In this document: positions 29,574 through 38,883 of the stretch, piece by piece
How positions within the stretch are numbered: the stretch's first letter is position 1
Layout: every line of letters starts with the position of its first letter
Assembly (NCBI GenBank): GCA_040217195.1
Contig: JAVJNR010000009.1
Span: forward strand, 32,001-96,000
Direction: 5' to 3'
From: Leptospiraceae bacterium
Lineage (GTDB): Bacteria; Spirochaetota; Leptospiria; Leptospirales; Leptonemataceae
DNA length: 64,000 bases
The notes under the pieces: generated by a model
Told to the model about the DNA's origin: nothing
Databases searched by the model: none
The model's input: only the letters and a program-made list of their open reading frames with translations
Program-made: the position numbers and the translations under genes

Positions 29574-30765
29574 GGGTAAGGCCCCGGCCAGCGTCTGCTT
29601 GAAGAGTACAGGATTCTTCTTTAAGTTTCTGTCTGCCAATGAAAGTGGGGCCACCGGTTCCCATCAGGCTGGATTCTACATTCACCGGGAAGCCTACTGG
29701 CTATTTATGCCCGAGCCTGGAAAGAAAGGTGAAAATGAATACAGGGATGTAGAAATTCACTGGCCGGATTCCAGTGTAACAGCCAGCCGTTTTCGATGGT
29801 ATGGAAAAGGCACTCGAAGCGAATATCATCTTACACGAGGATTTCATTTTCTGGGCGAAGAGAACACCGGAGATCTACTAATTCTGGCTCGTCTGGAAGA
29901 GGGTATCTTTCAGGGTTTTCTGCTTTCCAGAGAAGAAAATATAGAAGCATTCTTTGAAGAGCTCAGTTTGAATCCATCGGATTCTGGACGAGCCTATGCC
30001 ATTCAAAATGGAGAGATTCAACTTCCTGGACTGCATTCCGTCTCCGAAGATCAATTTCAGAAAAGTCTGCACCTGGCTCTGAGCGAATATCTGGACACCG
30101 GAACCCCCTTCCCCACAGCGGATTTACTGGCCAACCTGGCCAGAGAACAATGCGAACTATACTTTAGAACCGAATCGCTGAGTCTGGATGAAAAGCTACT
30201 GCGATGGATCGATATGGAGTATCGTATCTTTAGATGGCTGGAGGTGCGAAAATACGGTGAATATTTAAATCAGGGGTTTTCTACCCTGGAGGATATGATT
30301 CAACTTTCGCTTACAATTCTAAATCGACGAAAGTCCAGGGCCGGATACGGTCTGGAGCTTCATCTGGCAGCACTCTTTCAATCGGTGAATATTGGCTATT
30401 CTTCGCAAACGAAGACGGAAGGGAATAAGAAGCCGGACTTTATCTTTCCTTCCGGGGAGGCCTATTCAGATGCATCTTTTCCAGAAGGCAGATTAACCTT
30501 TCTGGGCGTAAAAACCACATGCAAGGATCGATGGAGACAGATACTAAGCGAAGCGGATCGAATTCCTTCCAAGCATCTGTTCACTTTGCAACAGGGAATC
30601 AGCCGGGCGCAGCTGGCAGAAATGAAAGAGGCCGGAGTTCAACTGGTGATTCCCCGACCCTATCATCGTCTGTTTCCGGAACCAGCACGAAAGCAGTTAC
30701 TGAGTCTGGAAAATTTTGTGGATCTGGTTCAAAGCAAGGATTCCCAGGAGATGCTGTTTCGCTGA
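29536..30765 (+). CDS. type IIE restriction endonuclease, EcoRII-like
   Basis: N-terminal effector domain KFLSANESGATGSHQAG..RSEY; catalytic NRRKSRAG..ELHL, KPDFIFP, KTTCKDRWRQIL; start may be TTG 29599. Confidence 0.9.
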   Translation: MLLPFQNLPGRFEGKAPASVCLKSTGFFFKFLSANESGATGSHQAGFYIHREAYWLFMPEPGKKGENEYRDVEIHWPDSSVTASRFRWYGKGTRSEYHLTRGFHFLGEENTGDLLILARLEEGIFQGFLLSREENIEAFFEELSLNPSDSGRAYAIQNGEIQLPGLHSVSEDQFQKSLHLALSEYLDTGTPFPTADLLANLAREQCELYFRTESLSLDEKLLRWIDMEYRIFRWLEVRKYGEYLNQGFSTLEDMIQLSLTILNRRKSRAGYGLELHLAALFQSVNIGYSSQTKTEGNKKPDFIFPSGEAYSDASFPEGRLTFLGVKTTCKDRWRQILSEADRIPSKHLFTLQQGISRAQLAEMKEAGVQLVIPRPYHRLFPEPARKQLLSLENFVDLVQSKDSQEMLFR

Positions 30766-31280
30766 ACAACGTACTCGATTCTGGGTCCAAGAGATTCTCC
30801 AGGAAGCTTCACTTCTTCCGGTCGTTTCCAGGGCTTAAAGATCAAGATCAGTGCAATGCAGATTGCAGGAAGAATCATCTTCGCAGAACGCCAGGCAAGT
30901 ACAGCAAATACGATAATGTAGTACAGAATCTTGATCAGGAAAATATCGAAGAACTCATCGAAAATCCAGGTAGGGACCAGAAACAGAAATCCTACCAGCA
31001 ATAGCATCAGGAACTCTTTGATCAGTACCAGAACACTGAGCAGAATGGAAAGAACCAGGCAGATAATTCCACCATAGGTCAGCCATCCATCCATGGAGGC
31101 CGGCGGAGTACCGTAATTTCTATACAGCAAAGCTCCAAATCCAATGAGCAGAAAAACAATGGCCGTAATTGTCAGACCACCCCAGAAGCTTATATCCTCA
31201 TCTTCCTCTTCAGTCTGCGGTTTAGCTTCCTTGCCGGTATATTGCCTTAGCTTTCTTTTTACTTCTTCCAGTTGACCCAT
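30729..31280 (-). CDS. hypothetical membrane protein
   Basis: Charged N-terminus followed by several TMs. Confidence 0.55.
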   Translation of the reverse strand: MGQLEEVKRKLRQYTGKEAKPQTEEEDEDISFWGGLTITAIVFLLIGFGALLYRNYGTPPASMDGWLTYGGIICLVLSILLSVLVLIKEFLMLLLVGFLFLVPTWIFDEFFDIFLIKILYYIIVFAVLAWRSAKMILPAICIALILIFKPWKRPEEVKLPGESLGPRIEYVVQRNSISWESLL

Positions 31281-31553
31281 GGATGCAGAGGATTTTGCGG
31301 CGCGAATCTGTCATCCCTAAATCTGCAATGGCGGCACTCTGTTCGATTTCTGGCACTTCCAATCGGTTTTCCCGTTTGGACGGACCGGATATCCGGACTT
31401 CAAGTGGTCTGGACCCGGGAACTGTACGTGTGTAGACGGTTTTAAAGGCTGGGGACAGGGGGCCGGCGAACCGGGTTCCGGATCCGGATGTCTGGATTTC
31501 AGACTACAGAAGCCCGAAATTTTTTTCTATTCCTGTGATGTACAGTGTTGACG

Positions 31554-31568
31554 TGAGACTGAGTCTCA
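31554..31568. promoter_or_regulatory. Fur-family-like operator TGAGACT-G-AGTCTCA upstream of bfd
   Basis: Perfect 7-1-7 inverted repeat directly after TTGACG and 14 bp before the bfd ATG. Confidence 0.65.
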
Positions 31569-31582
31569 TTTCTTATAGGCCT

Positions 31583-31801
31583 ATGTTTGTTTGCATCTGT
31601 AAAGCTGTGAATGACAAATCCATACGCCGGGCTGTGGACAACGGGGCAAGGTGTGTGGAAGATCTGGAGCAGGATCTGGGTGTGGGTAGCAGCTGCGGCC
31701 GGTGCCGTGTGCATGCGGAAGCTGTGATCCAGGACCAGTTAAGCGATGGAGCACCGGCCCAGAGCCCGGTTCCATTTTCCAGTAGCAGTATGCTGGCCTG
31801 A
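31583..31801 (+). CDS. bfd: bacterioferritin-associated ferredoxin
   Basis: MFVCICKAV..GSSCGRC [2Fe-2S] motif; precedes bfr. Confidence 0.92.
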   Translation: MFVCICKAVNDKSIRRAVDNGARCVEDLEQDLGVGSSCGRCRVHAEAVIQDQLSDGAPAQSPVPFSSSSMLA

Positions 31802-32052
31802 TTCCAGGTTTTTTCGCACGGGATCCAGAGGTCCAGCTCACCACCTGTACCGAGATATTGAGACTCACAGTCATCTACAGACTCTCAGGTCCGGGCTTTT
31901 GCAGTCGTCTCCTTCCATCATTGCCAATAACTTAGCCACGACAGATTGTGGCCAGAACCGGATTCTTCCATGTAAAATGGGATGGTCGCAAGTGGAATTC
32001 CTGCATTTTAGCAGGTTAGTATTATTAAAAATAGAGAAAAGAAGGACTATCG

Positions 32053-32532
32053 ATGAAAGGTGATCAAAAGGTAATCGAGTATTTAAACAAATCGATTAGA
32101 AATGAACTAACGGCCATTAATCAGTATTTTCTGCACTCCAGGATGTTCAAGGACTGGGGCCTGACCAAACTGGCTCAGTATGAGTACAAGGAATCCATCG
32201 ATGAGATGAAGCATGCAGATCAGCTTATCGAAAGAGTACTCTTTCTGGAAGGCCTGCCCAATCTTCAGGATCTGAATAAGCTCAGAATCGGCGAAGATGT
32301 GGCTGAATGTCTGCGAGGAGACCTTGCTCTGGAAATGGATGCACTACCTATACTCAGAGAATCCATCGAATACTGCGAAGCGAACAAAGACTATGTTAGC
32401 CGGGAACTATTTTCCAGTATCCTGGAGTCAGAAGAAGAGCATGTGGATTTCCTGGAAACTCAATTGAGCCTGATCGAGAAAATAGGCATTCAAAACTATC
32501 TGCAATCCCAGATGGGCGAGGCAGAGGACTAA
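32053..32532 (+). CDS. bfr: bacterioferritin
   Basis: [28 protein letters not shown] ferroxidase residues and heme Met; AGGA RBS. Confidence 0.97.
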   Translation: MKGDQKVIEYLNKSIRNELTAINQYFLHSRMFKDWGLTKLAQYEYKESIDEMKHADQLIERVLFLEGLPNLQDLNKLRIGEDVAECLRGDLALEMDALPILRESIEYCEANKDYVSRELFSSILESEEEHVDFLETQLSLIEKIGIQNYLQSQMGEAED

Positions 32533-32548
32533 TCCAATTGCCGGCCAT

Positions 32549-32569
32549 GGCGGGCTTTCCTGGCCCGCC
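32549..32569. terminator. hairpin downstream of bfr between convergent genes
   Basis: GGCGGGC-tttcctg-GCCCGCC; no adjacent U-tract. Confidence 0.4.
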
Positions 32570-32633
32570 CCCGGCCTGTCATCTCTGCATTTTAAGATCC
32601 TTTTTCCGATTCTATGAAAAATCAGCGGGAGGT

Positions 32634-33050
32634 CTATCCCTCTGTTTCGCCGAAGCCCGCAGAAAAAACCAGGGTTTTGCTCAAAACAAAGTTCAGTACC
32701 GTGCCTGCAGCAATGCCCGCCAGCTGAGCCAGAACCACCGGCCAGTGCAAACTTTCAGTAAAGATCATGAGCACTATCAGGTTCGCGCCCAACCCTATCA
32801 GATTTACCATTACATACAGTAACCAGGATTTCAGGGAGTCCTGATTTCCAGAAAAGGTCCATCGGCTATTGATTACATAGTTGCTGGTTGCAGCCAGAAG
32901 AAATGATAGGGATGCAGATGGAAGATAGTGTAATCCCAGCCTGCGAACTGTTTCAAAAATCGCCAGGTTGATGGCAGTTCCCAGAGCACCCACAAGAGCA
33001 AATCGAATAAACTGGCTTACTGTTTTTTGAAGTGGGCCTTTAATGAGCAT
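32634..33050 (-). CDS. GtrA family flippase-like protein
   Basis: QFIRFALVGALGTAINL..NYVINSRWTF..NFVLSKTLVF. Confidence 0.88.
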   Translation of the reverse strand: MLIKGPLQKTVSQFIRFALVGALGTAINLAIFETVRRLGLHYLPSASLSFLLAATSNYVINSRWTFSGNQDSLKSWLLYVMVNLIGLGANLIVLMIFTESLHWPVVLAQLAGIAAGTVLNFVLSKTLVFSAGFGETEG

Positions 33051-33340
33051 TCCATTATCTCCTCGCAGGTAATGGCTCCCCTGCTCAGGCAATTCTTCAC
33101 AGTCCCTGCATGTTTCATACATCCAGAATAGCAGCCGGAGCGAAACGTTTCGGCGCTCATATGCGGCGGCAATTGCGATGAAGCACAGCTAGCGAACTGA
33201 TTGCAGGTTTGCGAACACACAGCAGTTGCCTCTTCAGAAGGCAATTCAGCTCCGGATCGATCCTTCCAGTTCGCCGCCGCCAGGCTCATGCACACCGTAG
33301 CAAATAGTAGCAGGGGTGAATACTTACGGATTCCTTTCAT
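33017..33340 (-). CDS. secreted small Cys-rich protein (8 Cys in mature part; Leptospira 8-Cys/TIGR04453-like)
   Basis: Signal peptide then CxxxC..C..CxxxC..C..C..C; overlaps both neighbours. Confidence 0.75.
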   Translation of the reverse strand: MKGIRKYSPLLLFATVCMSLAAANWKDRSGAELPSEEATAVCSQTCNQFASCASSQLPPHMSAETFRSGCYSGCMKHAGTVKNCLSRGAITCEEIMECSLKAHFKKQ

Positions 33341-35060
33341 AGATTATACGACTCCTTTGCATGGATTCTGGATTACCCAGATGATTCCAGTACTGCGCTG
33401 CACTGGCTTCTTTCCAGACCGGATGCCGTTCCAGAACGCGATAGCCCTTAAGCGATGCAGCAGGATCATGCTCAACGATAAAAGAACTGCCATCGCATTC
33501 GCCGGCCAGGTCGGGATGACGCTGTTTCAATTGGGATTCCTTCAGCACAGCACCGTATGCAAGAGCACTCCAGGGGTTTTCACTAATAATACAAACTGAT
33601 TCATGGTTCAGTCTTTCTCTGGCAGCGCCGGACAGCAGAGGCGGAAAGATTGCCGGAAAAACAGTAAATGGCAATAGAAGTGAAAACACCAATCCAGGCA
33701 GGATCTGTTTAAATTCCCTGGATTCAGCATTTCGGAAATCCCTGGGACTGGAAATCAGTATGTAGATTGCGGCCATTGCCGGAATCGTACAGGTCAGGGC
33801 CGCCACATAATGACCGAGGTACATCAGGGAAAGACTGACAGTAATGGACAGAAATACAACCAGCCATTGAGTGCTTCGCATGCTCCGGGCCGGTGCCAGG
33901 CCCCCTGCAACAAAGAGCAATCCGAATAGAGGCAGCATGTAGTAATCCGCTTTTCGGTGTGGAACTAAATGAAACAGTAATACAGCCAGAAATGCTAGAA
34001 CCAGCAGCCAGGCAAACTGACGAGCAGGAGTAACCAGTGAGTAAGACGATCTAAACAGGCTTCGTATGGAGCCAAGCAGCAGAAAAGTCCAGGGCAGCGA
34101 ATAGAGTATAATCCCCTGAAGCAGAATCCATTCCCCCTGATTCGCATCGACGAACTTCGCAGCATTTTCAAAGACCAGAAAATAGTTTACCAGATCCATA
34201 CCCCGGGGATGACCCATCAGATAAAGTGCATAGGCAACTAGAGGAATGATAGCACCTGCCATTACCGGAATACCGGCCCGTATCACCGGCCCGATGGCCT
34301 GAGCGTTAATCCCGGCCCTGAACCGACCGGAGGTTCGCACCCATTGCATAAAGGCCCAGGTTAGAAGTCCGAGCACCAGGTAGATGGGCACAAGTGCTCC
34401 TTTATACAAATAACTACTGCCCACCAGTAGCCCCAGGGAGAACAGTTTACCGGAGCCACCTGCCAGAAGCCATCGAGCGAATAGATACAGAGTGGCCAGA
34501 ATATGGGCTGCCATGATTTGCTCGAACATCAGTAAACGCCCGAACTTCATTACACCCAGAGTAGACAGATACATGGCAGCCCACAGGAAAGCTGTCCCTG
34601 GAGCGGCCCGATAAAGTAGTAGAAGCTCAAATATGAACAGAGCCGCCAGCGCACTGGAAAATACAGAAATGATTCTCTCTGCCAGAAGCATTTGATCCAT
34701 GCCCAGCCATTCCGAGACCTTTTCAGAGGCCATGCCCAGCCAGAATAGCAGCGGCGGCTTGTAGTAGTTTACGAATCCGTTTAGTTCCGGATATAGAATG
34801 GAGTCCGATTCCAGCGAATCGTGCACAGTGGCGATGTGCATTACTTCATCGCCCTGGCCGGGATTGGATGTATTCTGTATGTTGGGAATTAGAAGCAGAC
34901 CTGATAACAGCACCAGAGCCCATCTAAGTCTGAAACTCGAGATTGAAAATCCCGGCCCGGAGATTTTGCCCGAGGGACTTGCCGAAGGAACTGGTTGAAA
35001 CCTGTACTGGCCCACAGGCTGAATGCGCACCGGCGGCCGGATAATCGATGGAACACTCAT
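33324..35060 (-). CDS. ArnT/PMT-like (GT-C) glycosyltransferase
   Basis: GDE acidic motif, YYKPPLLFWL, KG and YYMLPL motifs, many TMs; start uncertain. Confidence 0.8.
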   Translation of the reverse strand: MSVPSIIRPPVRIQPVGQYRFQPVPSASPSGKISGPGFSISSFRLRWALVLLSGLLLIPNIQNTSNPGQGDEVMHIATVHDSLESDSILYPELNGFVNYYKPPLLFWLGMASEKVSEWLGMDQMLLAERIISVFSSALAALFIFELLLLYRAAPGTAFLWAAMYLSTLGVMKFGRLLMFEQIMAAHILATLYLFARWLLAGGSGKLFSLGLLVGSSYLYKGALVPIYLVLGLLTWAFMQWVRTSGRFRAGINAQAIGPVIRAGIPVMAGAIIPLVAYALYLMGHPRGMDLVNYFLVFENAAKFVDANQGEWILLQGIILYSLPWTFLLLGSIRSLFRSSYSLVTPARQFAWLLVLAFLAVLLFHLVPHRKADYYMLPLFGLLFVAGGLAPARSMRSTQWLVVFLSITVSLSLMYLGHYVAALTCTIPAMAAIYILISSPRDFRNAESREFKQILPGLVFSLLLPFTVFPAIFPPLLSGAARERLNHESVCIISENPWSALAYGAVLKESQLKQRHPDLAGECDGSSFIVEHDPAASLKGYRVLERHPVWKEASAAQYWNHLGNPESMQRSRIIYERNP

Positions 35061-35151
35061 TATAGAGATGTTATTTACTCGGGCAAGTAGCGGCAACAAG
35101 GAAAATTGGAAAACTGCTGGTCAGCGGTTGGTTTTTCTGTTCCCCTGAGAT

Positions 35152-35745
35152 ATGAGTTTCTGGCCTCTAAATTTCGAAGAGCTCAGCAGTGAAGAAAAAC
35201 TGCTCTTCGGCGCCTATCGAAGCCTTCTGGAAAAAGGCTATCAGGGAACTACATCCCGTAGCATTGCCGAATTCGCAGGAGTGAATCAGGGTCTGATTCA
35301 TCATTATTATGGAAGCCAGGAGAATCTATTTGCTCGAATGATTTTTCGTCTGCATGCAGAGGCCCATAGAATCGTTGCTGAAGCATCCACTCGAAGAGAA
35401 ATGCTGGAATTCTTCTGTCAGGCAGGTGCATCCGCCGGCACCATGGAAGCAGACATTTGTAGTCTGGGCCGTGAAATGCCCAGAGTGAAGGATGCCATGA
35501 TGCAAACCATGGCCTGTAAACGCAGGGATATCTCTGAAGTATTTGGATTTCAGCGTCCAGAAGACATTACTCTGTTTCTGGGCGCTTTGCGCGGAATTCA
35601 AATTGAGCTGGCCCTGAACCCGGATCTGGATCAAAGAGCCTGCCTGGATAGACTGGCCGATTTGCTTCTGGGTGGTTCGCAGGTTCTCGACGAGCCTCTG
35701 GAATGGGATCCTTCGGAACGACTGGCTGCCGCTTCCACCAGATAG
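35152..35745 (+). CDS. TetR/AcrR family transcriptional regulator
   Basis: KGYQGTTSRSIAEFAGVNQGLIHHYYGSQENL HTH. Confidence 0.88.
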   Translation: MSFWPLNFEELSSEEKLLFGAYRSLLEKGYQGTTSRSIAEFAGVNQGLIHHYYGSQENLFARMIFRLHAEAHRIVAEASTRREMLEFFCQAGASAGTMEADICSLGREMPRVKDAMMQTMACKRRDISEVFGFQRPEDITLFLGALRGIQIELALNPDLDQRACLDRLADLLLGGSQVLDEPLEWDPSERLAAASTR

Positions 35746-35769
35746 CTCCCCTTTTTCTGTCAGACCAAT

Positions 35770-37071
35770 CTAGCTTTTCAAGAATTCCTGGATGGCCTCT
35801 GCAACGGTGCGATAGGTCTCTTCGAATTTCTGGTCATCCTTTTCCAGAAGTGTGCATCTAAATCCGCTTAAATCGGTAACAAAACTGGAAAGAGGTACCA
35901 CGCAAATATTTCGAGAACCCAGAAGATGGTACACAAACTTTCGATCCGGCTCCACTCCAGGAGGACAGAGCTTATCGATGTAAGCCTGAATTGTAGAATC
36001 TGGCATCTTTAGATGCATATTCTCTTTCAGAGGTTGATCGAAAACAACACTTACGTAGAAAGCTCCATCCGGAGGATTGACGATTACTCCGGGACAATCC
36101 GCAAAAATCTTTCCTATCATCTGACTGCGCTTTTCGAAAAATCCATTTCTCTGTCGCTGCCAGTTCTCGTATTCAGGATTGCTCATTACTTCCGGGATTA
36201 CAGCCTGGGGTAATGTGGTGGAAGACACCTCAAGCATCTTCGCATTCAGAATGCTCTGAATGTAGAGTTCAAACATGGGATCTTTATGATGGTTATAAAC
36301 TTCCATCCATCCGCAGCGCCCGCCTGGCCAGGGAAACTCTTTGGAAATGCCCTTTAATGCGATGGCTGGAACCTCACCCACTACTTCGCTAATGGGTGTG
36401 CATTCCTTGCCATTGTAAACCATGTTGATGTAGATTTCATCTGCTACCAGAAAGAGTTTGTACTTTCTGGCAATCTCCACCATCTCTTCGATTATTTCCC
36501 GGGGAAATACTGCTCCGGTGGGATTGTCCGGATTGATAATCATTATTCCAGCAATGCTTTCGTTGTATTTTACCTTATTTCGTAGCTCTTCCAGATCTGG
36601 CATCCAGCCCCGGGCCGGGTCCAGCTGATAGGTAATGGGCGGATAACCGGAATGAGCTGCTTCTGCAGAAGAATGGGTTGGATAGGCTGGAGAAGGTCCG
36701 ATTACACGGGCTTCCCTTCGCAGAAAACCGTATACTTTGCTGACCGCATCTCCCAGGCCATTAAAGAACAGTATATCGTTTGCATCGATCTTTACAGTTC
36801 CCCTGGAATTTCTTCGCCTGGCCAGAAATTCCCGAGTCTCCAGAAGTCCTTTGGTGGGACTGTAGCCATAGGTTTCATCCTTCATTGCATGACTGGCAAC
36901 AATTTCCTTCATCCATACAGGCAAGGATTCTCCCTTCTGAATGGGATCGCCTATGTTTTCCCACTGGATGGGCTGTCCGCTCATCCGGGCAATTTCGTGG
37001 GCCACATCTACAATCTTACGAATTTCATAGTTAAGCTCGGTAGCACCGATGTGGACTATATTGGTTCTCAT
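35770..37071 (-). CDS. PLP-dependent class I/II aminotransferase
   Basis: NIGDP, INPDNPTG, ADEIY, GISKEFPWPGGRCGW. Confidence 0.9.
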   Translation of the reverse strand: MRTNIVHIGATELNYEIRKIVDVAHEIARMSGQPIQWENIGDPIQKGESLPVWMKEIVASHAMKDETYGYSPTKGLLETREFLARRRNSRGTVKIDANDILFFNGLGDAVSKVYGFLRREARVIGPSPAYPTHSSAEAAHSGYPPITYQLDPARGWMPDLEELRNKVKYNESIAGIMIINPDNPTGAVFPREIIEEMVEIARKYKLFLVADEIYINMVYNGKECTPISEVVGEVPAIALKGISKEFPWPGGRCGWMEVYNHHKDPMFELYIQSILNAKMLEVSSTTLPQAVIPEVMSNPEYENWQRQRNGFFEKRSQMIGKIFADCPGVIVNPPDGAFYVSVVFDQPLKENMHLKMPDSTIQAYIDKLCPPGVEPDRKFVYHLLGSRNICVVPLSSFVTDLSGFRCTLLEKDDQKFEETYRTVAEAIQEFLKS

Positions 37072-37072
37072 C

Positions 37073-38026
37073 TTAATTCAAGCGAAATCCGGCTCCGAAA
37101 TACAGACGGCCCAGATACAAACTCCCCTTTTCTGGATTTACCAGCACCTCTGTGAAGTCAATCGGGTTATTTCGCGGCTGCGTAACGGCCCAGTGGCCTA
37201 CCATGTAAGCTTCTGTGTAAAGGAAGTAGGATTCGCTTAGATTGAACCTCAGTCCGGCGGAAACAGCAGCATGGTATTCCATAAGCCAGGCATGGGTTTC
37301 TACATCGCCCAGAAAGCCCCGTCCCACTCCGGCAGAAATCTGCAAATAGGGATCTATGTCCGCCCCGGGACTGAAATGGTAAGCCAGAGTACCGTCCAGA
37401 GCATAGCTGGTAGCCAGAAGAAACCAGCTTCGAGTCCCCTCGGTGGTTTGATAGAATCCAGATAGAGGCGTGTACCGATCCAACTGTACGTAGGTCAGTG
37501 GAACATCAGCGCGGCCCCAAACATTTAAATAGCGAAAGGACACTCCCCAGCTCCATCCACCAGCTTCGCTGGACTGATAGTTAATGGCCACATTGTCCGA
37601 ACGTAGCTCAAACTCGGGGGCCTGATAGATGGGGCCCAGCTGCTGTATGATGGGAGTGTAGGTAGGCTCGTATAGAATCCCTGTGTTGATAAAGCCAGCC
37701 AGCAATTCTAAATCATTTCCTGCACCATCCAGAATGCTTCCGGAGCCCCATAGAGCGGGACCATAGGCAAAAGACACAGAGCTGGAATTAGCAGGATTGT
37801 CAGATTGCTCTGCGTATGCGGAGTTGGTAATCGATCCGAAAGCAAGTAGAGCAACGAGAATTGAAAATAGCAGGGGGGACGAACGCCCCCCTGTTTGTCT
37901 TTCAGGATAGAATAATACCCTCCATGGCTGCCACGAAACAGCCTTTTGTCCGCCTTCAGACAAAGGAGAGAAACCCGTATGCGTCTGGCGGATTCTTCTG
38001 GAGGATCTATTCCTGGAGACTATCAA
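37073..38026 (-). CDS. putative outer-membrane beta-barrel protein (true start probably downstream of 38026)
   Basis: Signal-like LLFSILVALLAFGSITNSAYA; DPYLQISAGVG; terminal YFGAGFRLN. Confidence 0.65.
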   Translation of the reverse strand: MIVSRNRSSRRIRQTHTGFSPLSEGGQKAVSWQPWRVLFYPERQTGGRSSPLLFSILVALLAFGSITNSAYAEQSDNPANSSSVSFAYGPALWGSGSILDGAGNDLELLAGFINTGILYEPTYTPIIQQLGPIYQAPEFELRSDNVAINYQSSEAGGWSWGVSFRYLNVWGRADVPLTYVQLDRYTPLSGFYQTTEGTRSWFLLATSYALDGTLAYHFSPGADIDPYLQISAGVGRGFLGDVETHAWLMEYHAAVSAGLRFNLSESYFLYTEAYMVGHWAVTQPRNNPIDFTEVLVNPEKGSLYLGRLYFGAGFRLN

Positions 38027-38115
38027 TCACAATTCCTTTATCGACTTTCCAAATCCGTACTTAACAGTGGTGGAAAAACAATTCATAAAAAATTCGGAGC
38101 ATTTTCGGGAAGTTT

Positions 38116-38871
38116 TCATTTCTGGCCATCTGAGGAAGAGGACAGCGGGAAGTAGTCCGCAAAATCCTCGGAGCCTATGATCTTTACCTGACCAGGTCGA
38201 AGCTTGTTTTTATACTCCATGGCCGATATGCCATGAATCAAAAATCCCGGATAGTAATAATCCAATCCCATTTCCTGAGCCAGATGAATTTCCAGCAACA
38301 TAGAATAGTGTCCAGGAGAATATGAGCTGTATTCCGGATCGAAAAAGAAATACACCGAACTCCAGGCATCCATGATCAAATCGCATATACCCAGGCCTAT
38401 CATTTTACCCTCATCCCAGATCTGTAATTCGCGAGTTCGATCTCCAAGAAAACTTCGTACGAAAAACTCCATATAGGAAAATTCATCCAGCATCAATGCC
38501 TGTTCCGGATCGCCATGCTGGGCTGCCAGATACTTTCGATATAAATCCATTTTCTCCTGGGTCATTCCCGGTCGCACCAATCTGTACTGAAATCGCTGCT
38601 GACCCGATCGAAACACCCTTCGCTGGCTCTTTCGCATTTCGAAGGAGTCTACATGCACTCTATAAATCTGACATTCCCGGCAGGATGGACAATCCGGACG
38701 ATAAAGGTGATCCCCGCTACGTCTGTACCCTTCATCCAGCAGCATTCGATACATCTGCCCCACATTATCGCCGCGAAGAAAAAGCAATGATGCAGGCCGA
38801 TCCTTGAAGTAAGGACAGAGAGGCTCATGCCTGGCCAGAAAGAATTGCTTTTCCAATTGCGGTAAATTCAT
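38116..38871 (-). CDS. ATE1/Bpt-family aminoacyl-tRNA-protein transferase (arginyl or Asp/Glu-leucyl transferase)
   Basis: CPY, GYRRSG..YRPDCPSCREC, SSVYFFFDP, YYYPGF..MEYK. Confidence 0.9.
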   Translation of the reverse strand: MNLPQLEKQFFLARHEPLCPYFKDRPASLLFLRGDNVGQMYRMLLDEGYRRSGDHLYRPDCPSCRECQIYRVHVDSFEMRKSQRRVFRSGQQRFQYRLVRPGMTQEKMDLYRKYLAAQHGDPEQALMLDEFSYMEFFVRSFLGDRTRELQIWDEGKMIGLGICDLIMDAWSSVYFFFDPEYSSYSPGHYSMLLEIHLAQEMGLDYYYPGFLIHGISAMEYKNKLRPGQVKIIGSEDFADYFPLSSSSDGQK

Positions 38872-38883
38872 AGTGTTTTATAG

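Noticed and set aside
28400..31300. Mobile element or defence island around the RM pair
   Set aside because: No integrase, transposase, tRNA or flanking direct repeats visible
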